Shown here: positions 46,401 through 58,494 of the stretch, piece by piece
Numbering within the stretch: the stretch's first letter is position 1
Layout of the letters: each line of letters begins with the position of its first letter
Made by a program: the position numbers and the translations under genes
Assembly (NCBI GenBank): GCA_002269645.1
Contig: NIVC01000568.1
Span: 62,001-126,000 of the forward strand
Length of the DNA: 64,000 nt
Direction: 5' to 3'
From: Macrostomum lignano
Lineage: Eukaryota
The notes under the pieces: model-generated
Database searches by the model: none
Told to the model about the DNA's origin: nothing
The model's input: the letters and a program-made list of their open reading frames with translations, nothing else

Positions 46401-47949
46401 ATATAGGACTGCAAAATGTGTGTATTGACTACTCAGCGTATCTGTTCAATTGTTAATTTGACCTGTGTGATTGTCTGCTACATGCACTATTCACGTTCAC
46501 TGTTATCCCCAATTGCTAAATCACCTGCTAACTGATGTTTGTTCTAAAAATATATTTAATGGTCCTCAAATCGAGGACCAATATAAGTTTAATGGTCCTC
46601 GTTTTCAGGACCATTAAAGATATTTTTAGCTTTCCGTCCGAGAATTTACCCATAGACAACCACTTTCCTGGAACAGAAAGAGCCCAATAAATGAGCTTTC
46701 TTGGTGTAGGAGCTTAACTCTGAGTTAAACCTAACTTGAATCCCAGCCAAGAATTCGATTTTTTGTTTTTGTGAAATACCTACATTCGAACCTCGAGCAC
46801 AAGTTCATCTGAGCTATTAATCACACACTTCCCTGGGAGGATTGGAGCTGACAAGACTTCGTCAAGTGTGTTGAGTGACGCACGCCTGCGTAGTGGCTGG
46901 ATCATTTTCATTAACTGTTATTCGCAGCACTTCCCGGCGGTGCGCATTTTTTAATTATTGATAGGTTTCATTCGTTCACAGCCGATTGTCTTGTGGCTGG
47001 TAACACGGCTTAACTCCAGCTGGCGGGCCACATCATCCGTGCCGAGACGTACAAGGAGGTACTGCTTCTGACGCTGCGATAGGCGCGATATGCGACAAGC
47101 GCGCACTCGGCACTTGGCGTTGATGAATAAACACATGCCTTTCATTTTGCCAGATAGAGTAGAATAGCAAGCAGTTATATGTTTTTACAGTCAAAAAGCA
47201 TGACCGTTAAATTTCCATTAACCGTTTTGTATTTCCAACTCACTGAAGATCTGATCAGAAAAATAAAACTGAAGGGAAGAGAGACGAGACGGCCAGAAGA
47301 ATAACAGAGAATGACAGGTGAGTGAGGGAGATACAGAGAGAGGCACGCGAGAGGATACAGGAACAGATGCATTTTAGAGGGGGAGAAGAGGCAGAACAAG
47401 AGGCGATCGATCGAAGACGATGAAAGTGATTTGGGCTACTCAGGGCAGAGTTGGGAACGCGGAGAGGGCAGACTGTAAGCCGAATTACACAACCGTAAAA
47501 ACCGCTGTTGACAAGATTATCGGGGAGAGAGCAGTAGAGCGGCAGTTATACTTCAGCAAAGTGACTACTGCAAGAAAGCGCCATACAGTGCTCTCCGCCT
47601 TCTCCTTTGTTCCGTCTGACTGGGAATAAGCGGTTTTGCGTTTTCCTAGCCCCTGCAAGGTCGGTGAAAGCCGTTCAGAGAGCAGATGATTTAATTTTTT
47701 TATCTGCTACTGGTTTGATCTTCAATGGGACTCAACTTGAAATTCCTGTTACCCCTAGTACACGTACTGATAGCGGAGGCTGTCTCAGACCTTTGCCCTT
47801 TTCGCCTTTTAGCGACCTATGGAACATTGTATTACATCCACCGCTTCCCTTGATGCTGCTGGAACGCCAACCAAGGATGGTACCGTGGAAGCACTATAAC
47901 TTACGGTGCCTCTAACTCTAACAATCTTGGCGCCACTCACGATAATACG

Positions 47950-48546
47950 GAAGTAGCTGGATGATGGGGTAGCGGGCCCACAGCTCTAGATACCAGTAGA
48001 AGACCTGCAGCATCGCCCGCTTGCAGAAATTCCGCCGGCGAAAAGCGGAAGAACAGAGAAGTGCGAAGCCGCCTCATCTGCCGCCTCTGAGGCGAATAAC
48101 GACATCCGACAAAGGGGCGGACTCCGCGCGTCGGGTGCCGCCAAACCTGGTGCGGCTGGCTCCTCCCGTGGCGGGACCTCTTCTCGTATAGCAACTGCCA
48201 CGGCTGCGGAGGGATCCTCTGTGCCGGCCAAACCACTAAGCCAAAGCGCACCTATGCGGCTATATGGCCAAGAGGTAGCCGGCCCTAATTATTCAAGGCC
48301 AGGCAGGAGACGCCCCTTTCGGCCGAACATCCCAACCAAATCAGGCGCAGGTTGGACTCCCAGCTGGTCGCACAAGATGGCCCTGTGCTCCAAGTCCTGA
48401 AGACAAGCGTTGAGAACCAGGCCCTCCACATCCAACTCGCCGACAGCCAGTCTGGGCAGCAGCTCCTCAAGCCAGGGGTTAGCGGAATGGGGTCAACACC
48501 TCCCTGCTTTATCCAGATGCCCGGAACCCCTGCAGCTAAGTCAAGT
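47950..48546 (+). mobile_element. Degenerate LINE derivative: ORF1 fragment joined to the LINE 3' terminus
   Basis: Frameshifted translation RTYAAxAKR*PALIIQGQAG..PLSAEHPNQIRRRLDSQL aligns by eye with ORF1 ATFAAKAKAKIPGVIIQGRDQDWTTDQLQKVWSAVDSYL. It ends in TAGCGGAATGGG...CTGCAGCTAAGTCAAGT, like the full element. Confidence 0.65.
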
Positions 48547-49299
48547 GTCATTGCTTTTGCCTGCCTGTCTGAGGTCTACATGCCAGTCTAATCAATCAAT
48601 AAATAATACCGAAAGTGCCAGGCAATAATTAATATTTAATAATTTTGGCCAATAGGCCTTGCAAGCAGAAGAACCGCCCTCTCGAACAAAATTAGCAGCG
48701 CAATAAAAAGACAATTAAAGCAGTTTTGATTTTCATCAATTGCTGCCGAATAGAAAAAGCAGCAGCAACGCATTTAATTACATACGAGATAGAGGTAGGT
48801 GACAGATGAAGGTCAAAGCAAACCTCAGTAAATTGCAAAGCCAAGACTAGCAAAACAAAGTCGCAGAAATTATGATAAAAGTAAAAATTGCAAAATTCTT
48901 TCAATACTTGTTTTATAGGACAGCGCGTGCAAATGCTACTAATATAAAGTAGTTAGGTGAGACAAGTGCTTCCGGAAATGGAGAAAATTTTGATTGCAAA
49001 TTTTATAAATTTAATATCGGTTGACTGCCTTTAGATAACAGTAGATAAAAGAATTGAAAAACGCAAACTTTGTTGTTAAAGCAGAATGCGACAAAGCAGT
49101 TAGCAGGTGTCATTCAAACCGGTCATGCAGACACTGTTTTTAACTATGAGTTGTCGTATAAAATTTGAAAAAAAAGTTTATGATCAAGGGTGGTCAATAT
49201 GACAAGTAATAGTTAATCATAACATCTATAGTCAGAATTTCCTAATATTGGCAGTCGTATTTAACTAATGATCATAGGAAGTTCCTATTTCACTCTGGT

Positions 49300-49720
49300 G
49301 ATCATATAAAAATGGTTATATTTGATTATGTTGGAAAAAAACGCCTTGTTTCCCTCTGGTGGTCATAATAAAGGTTGTGTTTCACTCTGTTGGTCATAAT
49401 AAAAGTTGTGTTTCACTCTGGTGGGCATAATAAAGTCATGTTTCACTCTGTTGATCATAATAGTCATGTTTCACTCTGTTGATCATAATAGTCATGTTTC
49501 ACTCTGGCGGTCATAATAGTCATGTTTTACTCTGTTGGTCATAATAGTTATGTTTCACTATGGTGGTCATAATAAAGGTTGTGTTTCACTCTGGCGGTCA
49601 TAATAGTCATGTTTTACTCTGTTGGTCATAATAGTTATGTTTCACTATGGTGGTCATAATAAAGGTTATGTTTCACTCTGGCGGTCATAGGAAGGTCATT
49701 TTAGACTCTGGCAGTCATAA
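49300..49720. repeat. Degenerate 28-31-bp minisatellite (TTTCACTCTGGTGGTCATAATA...)
   Basis: Direct reading. Confidence 0.88.
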
Positions 49721-49896
49721 AGTGATAAACCGAGGGTCAGTAGAGATGAAGTAATACAATTATCAATAAAAAACCATAAAACGCATCAACTGGTTGCCAC
49801 TAAGAAGTCATAGCAGTCATCGTAACCGTCAGAACGCAATGAGATCCATTTAATAATACTGAATCCACAATCAACCACCGCACAATGCCTGGATTG

Positions 49897-52800
49897 CTAA
49901 ACCATAGCGTTGGCGCCAATGTCCAGCACGAAGCGGCGCCCGGCCGCCGACTCAAGCAGCTCCTCGCCCAGGCCGAAGAAGGGCACGCGGCGAACGGTGC
50001 ACAGCAGCGAGACGGCGCCGCGGCGAAGACAGAAATTGGCGCCGTCCTCAAGCGAGCGCGAGGCCGGACTGTCGCTGGCAAGTGTCCAGGCCTAGGGGCG
50101 GGGAGAGGGGAAGGCGCAGGGTTGAGCACTGCTCATACAATCACAAATTGTGATTGCTCATAATAGGAAACCATGATTCTCAAATCTGATCAGAATGCCA
50201 CTATGATCCTCCGATCTGATCATGACTCGAAATGAGACTCTGATTCTGTCTGATTATAACGGCCCACTATGCCTAGCAGTGCTCATAATGAGTCAACAGG
50301 TTCCTAAATATGCTCATAAAGGAGCTCTCAATCTATGATGACTAGTTAGTTATAAGCTGGTCATGAAACGACATCCAAAAGCTGGTTAAAACAAAAAATA
50401 AAACGAGTCATGATGATACTATGACCAATAAATTTGCTCATAATATGACCACGAGAAAAAAAAACTGGTCAAAATGACTATGAACAAGAAATTTGGTCAT
50501 AATGATACTATGAACAAGAAATTTGGTCATAATGAGACTATGACAATGACTATGAGAAATGCGGTCATACACAAACAATGAGCACATAGTGTAAACGGGT
50601 TGGGATTTTGCTGCCAGTCCTCACCTGACCGGCAGTGCCAGATCGCGGGTCCTCAACCACGCGGCCCTGTCCCAGGTAGCGCTCAATAAACGCCCTGGGC
50701 CCCAGGCCATGCCGGATGCAAGCAGCCAGGTGTTGCAGCACGGCGTCCATGCTGTACCGCGGCTGCTGCCGGGTGACCCGAAGGTAGCGCTGGAGCGGCC
50801 GAAGCAGCGTCGGGAACACCGCCTGAGCAGCCTCCGAGGCTTCCATTTGACGGCTGATAGCGGCGCCGGCGCTTTGGTCAGAGCGATGCTGCGCAGTCCT
50901 GCCGATATGGGCGAAGGCCTCGTCGGCGGCCGACACGAGGCGAGCCCGACGCTTGCGCAGACGGCGCTCGAAGTCGCATTCGAACTGCCGCGGCGTGGCG
51001 GAAGAAGTGAAATATTTAGCTGGCGGATACTGAAATACTGGACACTGAGATGCGGGCTGGAAATCTGGCTGGCTGGCCAGGCAACTGAGGATCTGGGAGG
51101 CTGGCCCAGCAACTGAGGATCTGGGAAGCTGGCCTAGCAACTGAGGATCTGGAAGGCTGGCCTAGCAACTGAGGATCTGGGAGGCTGGCCCAGCAACTGA
51201 GGATCTGGAAGGCTGGCCCAGCAACTGAGGATCTGGGAGGCTGGCCCAGCAACTGAGGATCTGGAGGCTGGCCAAGCAACTGAGGATCTGGGAGGCTGGG
51301 CCAGCATCCCAGCTACAAGCTGCATCCTCACTTGGAATCGCTCAGCCGCAGACGAAGGCCCGCCCTCGGCTCTGGACTGTCCGCGCGAGTGGCCAGACGC
51401 GGCAGACGAGGCCCGATCAAGCTCGTAGAACTTGTACCGCCTGGTGTTCCTTGCGCCGCTGCCGCCGCCGCCGGACATGGTCAGCATGCTGTGCAGATGC
51501 GGATTAAACGCGCTGAAGTCCACGCAGTACCGCTGAAGCACGTGCACAGCGGCTCGCTGCACGCTGGTCTCACCGATGGTGTACAGCCGGGCCTCGCCGT
51601 CAGGAGAGCGCAACACCTTGACGGAGAAGCGGCACTGCAGATGCCGAATCTCGAGCAGTACGACGCCCAGATAGTGCAGGAACAGCAGGGCGTCGGCCAG
51701 CGCCACGGCGAACTGCACCACGGTGTCATAGTCCCGCTCCCGTTGCCGAACAATCCGCAGCGCGTAGAACGCCCAGAACACGGCGATGATGGCAAACAGC
51801 AGGCAGAGTAGGAAGGCCCTGAAAGCCAGCACGCGGGGGAGGGAGGCGCGGGCGCGCCGGAAGAACAGGCACCAGGCGGCCACCAGCAGGGCCAGCAGGC
51901 GGAACGCCAGGCCAAGCAGCTGGCCTTCGCAGGCGACGCCGCACTCGCCCAGCGGCCAGGCGGCGAAGGCGCCGGACCGGGGCAGCGCCAGCATCAGCGG
52001 CGGCGAGGCGAACGCGGCTACGCCAAGAGCGGCCGACAAGCCGACAGTGGAGGCGCGAGCGCAGCTGCAGGAGGAGGCGGCGCCGATGCCGGAGTCCGCG
52101 TCCTGTGCGCGTCATTGTGAGAAACAGGGCGCTGAGTTTACGTGGGAGCTCATAGCGAACGATAGATAACTGGGAATACAAAATGCAAATGCAAATAGAA
52201 ATATCATACTACTGATAGTAGCTTGAAAGCATTTGAGTGACTGGCTGCTTATCTCCATGCTTAGGGAGTAACTGGCTGCTCATCTCCATGCTTAGGGAGT
52301 GACTGGCTGCTCATCTCCATGCTTAGGGAGTGACTGGCTGCTCATCTCCATGCTTAGGGAGTGACTGGCTGCTCATCTCCATGCTTAGGGAGTGACTGGC
52401 TGCTCATCTCCATGCTTAGGGAGTGACTGGCTGCTCATCTCCATGCTCAAAGAGTGACTGGCTGCTCATCTCCATGCTCAAAGAGTGACTGGCTGCTCAT
52501 TCCGATTCCCGATGCTCAAAGAGTGACTGGCTGCTCATTCCGATTCCCGATGCTCAAAGAGTGACTGGCTGCTCATTCCGATTCCCGATGCTCAAAGAGT
52601 GACTGGCTGCTCATTCCGATTCCCGATGCTCAAAGAGTGACTGGCTGCTCATTCCGATTCCCGATGCTCAAAGAGTGACTGGCTGCTCATTCCGATTCCC
52701 GATGCTCAAAGAGTGACTGGCTGCTCATTCCGATTCCCGATGCTCAAAGAGTGACTGGCTGCTCATTCTGATTCCCGATGCTCAAAGAGTGACTGGCTGC

Positions 52801-53508
52801 TCATTCTGATTCCCGATGCTCAAAGAGTGACTGGCTGCTCATTCCGATTCGCGATGCTCAAAGAGTGACTGGCTGCTCATTCCGATTCGCGATGCTCAAA
52901 GAGTGACTGGCTGCTCATTCCGATTCGCGATGCTCAAAGAGTGACTGGCTGCTCATTCCGATTCCCGATGCTCAAAGAGTGACTGGCTGCTCATTCCGAT
53001 TCCCGATGCTCAAAGAGTGACTGGCTGCTCATTCCGATTCCCGATGCTCAAAGAGTGACTGGCTGCTCATTCCGATTCGCGATGCTCAAAGAGTGACTGG
53101 CTGCTCATTCCGATAACCATCACGCTTAATTTGAAATACTAAAGTACACACCTTAACCCCAGTGTCAGCTTCGTGGCAGCTAGCAGACGCGGCGGTCTCA
53201 CTAGTAAGCACAGTATTGGTCTCAGCCCAGTGCTCAGGCGGCTGCACAGGCGGCTGGTAGGGCCCAGCGCCGCCGGAGATGGTGATATGGTATGGGCCTG
53301 GCAGCACAGATTGGTTTGGGTAGGCCGGCGGGTTCAGCAATGGCTGCCGGTGCTGCTGCAGCTGCATCAGCTTAATAGGCGGCTGCGGAGTCTGCTGCTG
53401 CTGCTGGAAGTACTGCGGCTGGTATGGCTGCGGGCCAGCTGACGAGCGGCGGGACTGAGCTGAGTGGCCACTGCGGGCCGAGTGCAGACTCTCTGCATCT
53501 GTGGCCAT
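49897..53508 (-). CDS. VANGL: Van Gogh/Strabismus (Vang-like) planar cell polarity protein, 4 coding exons, 560 aa
   Basis: Exons 53508-53152, 52102-51332, 50984-50625 and 50091-49897, all phase 0 with GT-AG. N-terminal Ser clusters (DAESLHSARSGHS; HWAETNTVLTSE), four TM helices, LLEIRHLQ..F.VKVLRSPDGE.R.Y.IG..SVQRAAV.VL..Y..DF..FNP, ERFQFECDFERRLRKRRARL, AAQAVFP.L.RPLQRYLRVTRQQ, and the C-terminal WTL...VPFF.L.EE block. Confidence 0.94.
51063..51305. repeat. 28-bp minisatellite (GCAACTGAGGATCTGGGAGGCTGGCCCA) in a Vangl intron
   Basis: Direct reading. Confidence 0.93.
52238..53113. repeat. 31-bp to 38-bp minisatellite (GAGTGACTGGCTGCTCAT...) filling a Vangl intron
   Basis: 31-bp units on the left, 38-bp units on the right. 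Confidence 0.96.
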
Positions 53509-56500
53509 GCCGCGGCTGGGCCTAGCAGCTGCTGCTGGGGCGAAAGTCTGCAGTAAGAAGTGGGAAAAACCATTTGCTTAAAAATCAACTATACATTCTA
53601 AATACTAATCTTAATCTCTTGAGTTGAAAGCTGATTTTTGTAAATTATAGCAATTTAGAAATCAGCTAGGCTAATGTGATGCCTGATTTTACCAGCTTGA
53701 ATTTTAGAAATTTTCATTTTTCCACATACTTTTCAAAACTGTTTTAGTACTTAGTTTTGTAAATGCCAATTTTTCATAGAACAAAAACAATAGCTGCATT
53801 AAAAATTTTGCCTGTAGCAATACTAGGCTTATACATACATTAAATCAAGAAGTATATAGAATTGCTTGCCAATCATTAGTTAGGCCTAGCATGAATTATA
53901 GTAGACCAAGGATAAGTCATAAAATTGATGGCTTTTTTATATTTTGATAAAAAATGTTTCTTTTTTATAGTATACCAGAAAATTAAACTATAATAATTGA
54001 AATATTGTTCTATTCTCTAAAACTAATAATCACTGTGGCAACCAAGTTATAACAATATTCATTTAATCTCAGCTGCTGTCACTAAAGTTGTCCTAGGGTT
54101 TATCTTCTAATTTACATAGGGCTATCTTTATATACTTTTAAATTTAATACTGTAAGTATATACTGGTAATATATATAAAGTTGGTAACACAATATAGAGT
54201 TGAATAGCATAATATGTATTATTGGCTTAAATGGTCTTATGGCATTGTACTTATCTTATCTTACCCTTTGGTAGTTATTCTTACCCTTTTGTAGATATTC
54301 TACCTTAAGGCAATTTCTTAGAGTATGAATCTAGAGGTTCATTCTTTGAGAATAGAAGTGAATCCTTCCAATATCCCATATCTTTTCAAGGTCTTTTGCT
54401 AGCACTAAATGATAAAGATTGTTTAATCTGTTTGTTTTAATATAGAAACTTAAAGGAGGAGATAAGAATAAGTTAATTTTTCCTATTAGTGGCTAGGGTA
54501 GTTATAGATTTCTTAGGCTTTCTTACTTCTATTTCAACATTTTTTTATAAAATTTGAAATATTTAAAATATTTTCAATAGGCCTTACTATGTAAATTAAA
54601 ACAAAATTATACAAATGTAAAAAAGCCATTTTCTAGGACAAAAAATAAGGCCTATTACAGAATTATATTTTTGGTCCAATTAAAACTAAGCCATATTGTT
54701 CCTAATAACTCAATGTTAATATACTCTTAACAGATTAAATATTGATAATATTTTGTGTTTTCTGTATCTAAGTAAGCTTAAATAAATACTAAATAGGCCT
54801 AACTTAAAAGTTTGAAATTCAAGAAACAAAATAAGAACTAAAGCAATAAGATATTTGCATCTTTTGGCAAAAACACAATCAAAATCAGTCAAGAATTGCA
54901 ATCTCTAGAGCGTTATAGACATACAAACCTTAGAGATTTAGTATATTTAGATAGAAGTTTAGGTTAAGGTTTAGTAGGGATCAATTCATAATTATAATAT
55001 GATCCTAGGGCTAGGCTAGGCTTTATCAAGTTGTGGCAACCTATGATTTTATGAATAAACAATGTCTTATCCTAAACTAAAGTAGACCCTAGGCCTAGGC
55101 CTAGCCCTATTTCAGCTTTGGAATATTAATTGTACCATAGATTTAAAGGTATAAAACATATAGGGCCTATAAAATGTTATTAAAAAGATAAGGCTTAGGC
55201 CCCCTATCTTTTATTAATGCAATAGGCCTAGTGTTCAGCAAAATCTATATATAGGCCTACTTTATTTTCTATCTCATTCTATAATTTTAGACCTCAGACA
55301 TTGAGTAGGCCTAGTCCTTGACATTGATACTCTGAGTCATACCTCAGGCCCAGGCCGCCCAGACTGGCATATGTCCATACAAAACCCTTACGATTTATAT
55401 TCTAAATCTAGGTTTGAAAGAAATACGAAAATAGTAATAATAGTAATACAATAAAACGTCTATTTAAGAGGCTAAGGGGTTTAAAGGCATAGGCCTATGC
55501 GTAATAAACATAACATTAACAGGTCTAAACGAGTAATAACTAATAAGTAGGCTTAATTTAAATTTAGCTCCTACAGACAGTATATTAATAAAATACTAAT
55601 AATTGTCTAATGATCAGTTTTTAGTTTCTGATACTTTTAGCTTTTATTCAGGTCCTGTATTGGAAATTAAAAATTCTGATTGAAAATCTCACCTAGGCTC
55701 AGATAGCTAGCTAGCTTGGAGCACGCTCTAACTTGGGTAGTCCGCTAGGGGTTGGAGCATGCTCCCGTGCTCCCAGCAAAGTGTAGCTAGTTAATCGTGG
55801 AGCATGCTCCCTGCTGACAGCCAATGGAGTAACTGCGTTTTTCAGCTATTTAACGCTCGTTGCATGCAGTAAGCAGCATTCGACAAATAGCACCCGACGA
55901 CAACCGGCTAGCCGGGCCAAAAGCTTACAAAATCATCGGGCTAACCGGCAGGAAAGCGCGCTCTCGAGCTCTCGCTTCTCCCGGCTAGACGGGCCCAAAG
56001 CGCGCTCCCATACAATCAAATGGGAGTGTATCAACTATTAATTGAAAGCTTTCACGGGTGTTTAATAACAATTTGCATTAGAAAAATCGACGTTTGTTAA
56101 TATTAATTCGCTTGCATGTGTAATTTAAAAACTAAATTTACAGGAATGAGGGTTCCTGTGTTCAACGTTCAACAAAAGCTTCTAAGGCATATTTGTTGTG
56201 CTAGGCTACTGTGCATTGCTGTGCTGGCCTATGCACTAGGCCTAGACTAAATAAGTGAAGGCTCCGTGTACAAGATAAATGAAAGGAGCTTTTCTTAAAT
56301 TCCTTGTGCATTATTATGTGATTGCTTAAGTAATTTTGTTCTATAGTTTAAAGCCTGTCACTTGACTTGTCGTTGTCAGTTAATTAATAATACAGGCATT
56401 TGAAATGTAAATGTAGGTCTAATATTATGAGAAGTAACTTATAAGCTGCTTTTATTCAATTATAAAAATGCTTCAATTCAATGAAATTCTATTATTTAGC

Positions 56501-56779
56501 TACAGCCATATGTATGTAGGAAAGCCTTATTGAGCACTAAGCCTAGCTTATTGACTTAATGAATAGATTTAGCTAACTTACTAGATACGAGCCTTAAAAT
56601 TTTAGTTTTATCTATGTATCTACTTTATGTATACCATGGGCATTAGGCCTAGAGTAAATAACAAACTATAAAACTAAGCCTACAATATATTTTATATAAA
56701 ATACCTGATCCTTGACTTATTTTCCTTTCTTTAGTTCCTCTCTCCCCTAACCTTGGATTTCCTCCCTCTACCCTAGCTT

Positions 56780-57860
56780 CTCTCCCCCCTGACCCTGGCT
56801 TCCCTCCCTCCTAACCCCTGGCTTCAATCCTAACCCCTAGCTTCCCTTCTTTGACCCCTGACTTCCTTCCCCTAATCTTGGCTTCTCCCCCTGACCCCTG
56901 GCTTCCCTTCTTTCTAACCCCTGGCTGCACGCTTAACCCCTGGCTTCCCTCCTCTGACCCTGGCTTCTCTCCCCCTTGACCCCTGGCTTCCCTCCCTTGA
57001 CTCTGGCTTCCCTCCCCTGACTCTGGCTTCCCTCCCCTGACCTTGGCTTCTCCTTCCTGGCCCCTGGCTTCCCTCTCCCGTGACCCCTGGCTTCCCTCCT
57101 TCCTAACCCCTGGCTTTACTCCTAACCCCTGGCTTCCCTCCCCTGACCCTGGCTTCTCTCCCGACCCCTGGCTTCCCTCCCCTGACCCTGGCTTCCCTCC
57201 CCTGACCCTGGCTTCCCTCCCCTGACCCTGGCTTCCCTCCCGACCCCTGGCTTCCCTCCCCTGACCCTGGCTTCCCTCCCCTGACCCTGGCTTTTCCCTC
57301 CTGACCCCTGGCTTCCCTCCCCTGACCCTGGCTTCTCTCCTGACCCCTGGCTTCCCTCCCCTGACCCTGGCTTCCCTCCTTCCTAACCCCTGGCTTTACT
57401 CCTAACCGCTGGCTTCCCTCCCCTGACCCTGGCTTCCCTCCCCTGACCCTGGCTTCCCTCCCCTGACCCTGGCTTCCCTCCCCTGACCCTGGCTTCCCTC
57501 CCCTGACCCTGGCTTCCCTCCCCTGACCCTGGCTTCCCTCCCCTGACCCTGGCTTCCCTCCCCCGACCCCTGGCTTCCCTCCTTCCTAACCCCTGGCTTT
57601 ACTCCTAACCGCTGGCTTCTCCCCCGACTTCTGGCTTCCCTCCCCTGACCCTGGCGTGGCTTCTCCCTCTTGACCACTGGCTTCCCTCCCCTGACCCTGG
57701 CTTCCCTCCCCTGACCCTGGCTTCCCTCCCCCGACCCCTGGCTTCCCTCCCCGACCCCTGGCTTCCCTCCCCTGACCCTGGCTTCTCTCCCCCTGGCCCT
57801 GGCCTTTCTCCTTACTAACCCCTGGCTTCCCTCCTTCCTAACCCCTCCCAGGCTAACCCT
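56780..57860. repeat. 20-bp C-rich minisatellite (CCCTGACCCTGGCTTCCCTC)
   Basis: Direct reading; degenerate flanks extend to about 58090. Confidence 0.94.
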
Positions 57861-58353
57861 CCTACTCTACCCCTCCCAGCTACGCTCTCTAGGCTACCCC
57901 TCCCAGGCTACCCCTGCCATTGTACCCCTCCTAGGCATCCCTCCCAGACAGCCCCTCAGGCTCCCCTCCTACTTTACCCCTCAGGCTCCCCTCTTACTTT
58001 ACCCCTCCCAGGCAGCCCTTCCAGGCTACTCCTCCCAGGCTACCCCTTCCATGGCAACCACTTCCAGGCTATCTCCCACTGTACCCCTGTGTACTGTCTC
58101 TATTTATGTTCGAAACTGAGAAGATTGTTTCGTTTCGGTATTATTTAAAAAGATAATGCATCATTTTTTACTTCAGACGCTTCACTCTCATCATTTCAGG
58201 TGCGTACATGCGAGTCAGCTAACGCTGACGCCGCACTTTGTATTCGGCTTTCCAACGGGGAACTGTGCGTTTATGAAAGCCATTTGGGATTTGGGATGCC
58301 AGAAAAGATATTCTATTTTGCAAGGATCCGATAAAAGCTGCCGCTTCGGCTGC

Positions 58354-58494
58354 ACTGCAGTGACCGCCGGCTCAAGCGGAGACGATCGCAGGACTGTTTG
58401 CTGCCTGCCGCTTGCTGCAGTGACCGCCGGCTCAAGCGGAGACGATCGCAGGACTGTTTGCTGCCTGCCGCTTGCTGCAGTGACCGCCGGCTCG
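58354..58494. repeat. 60-bp tandem duplication (about 2.3 copies)
   Basis: Lines 58381 and 58441 are identical over 53 nt. Confidence 0.9.
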
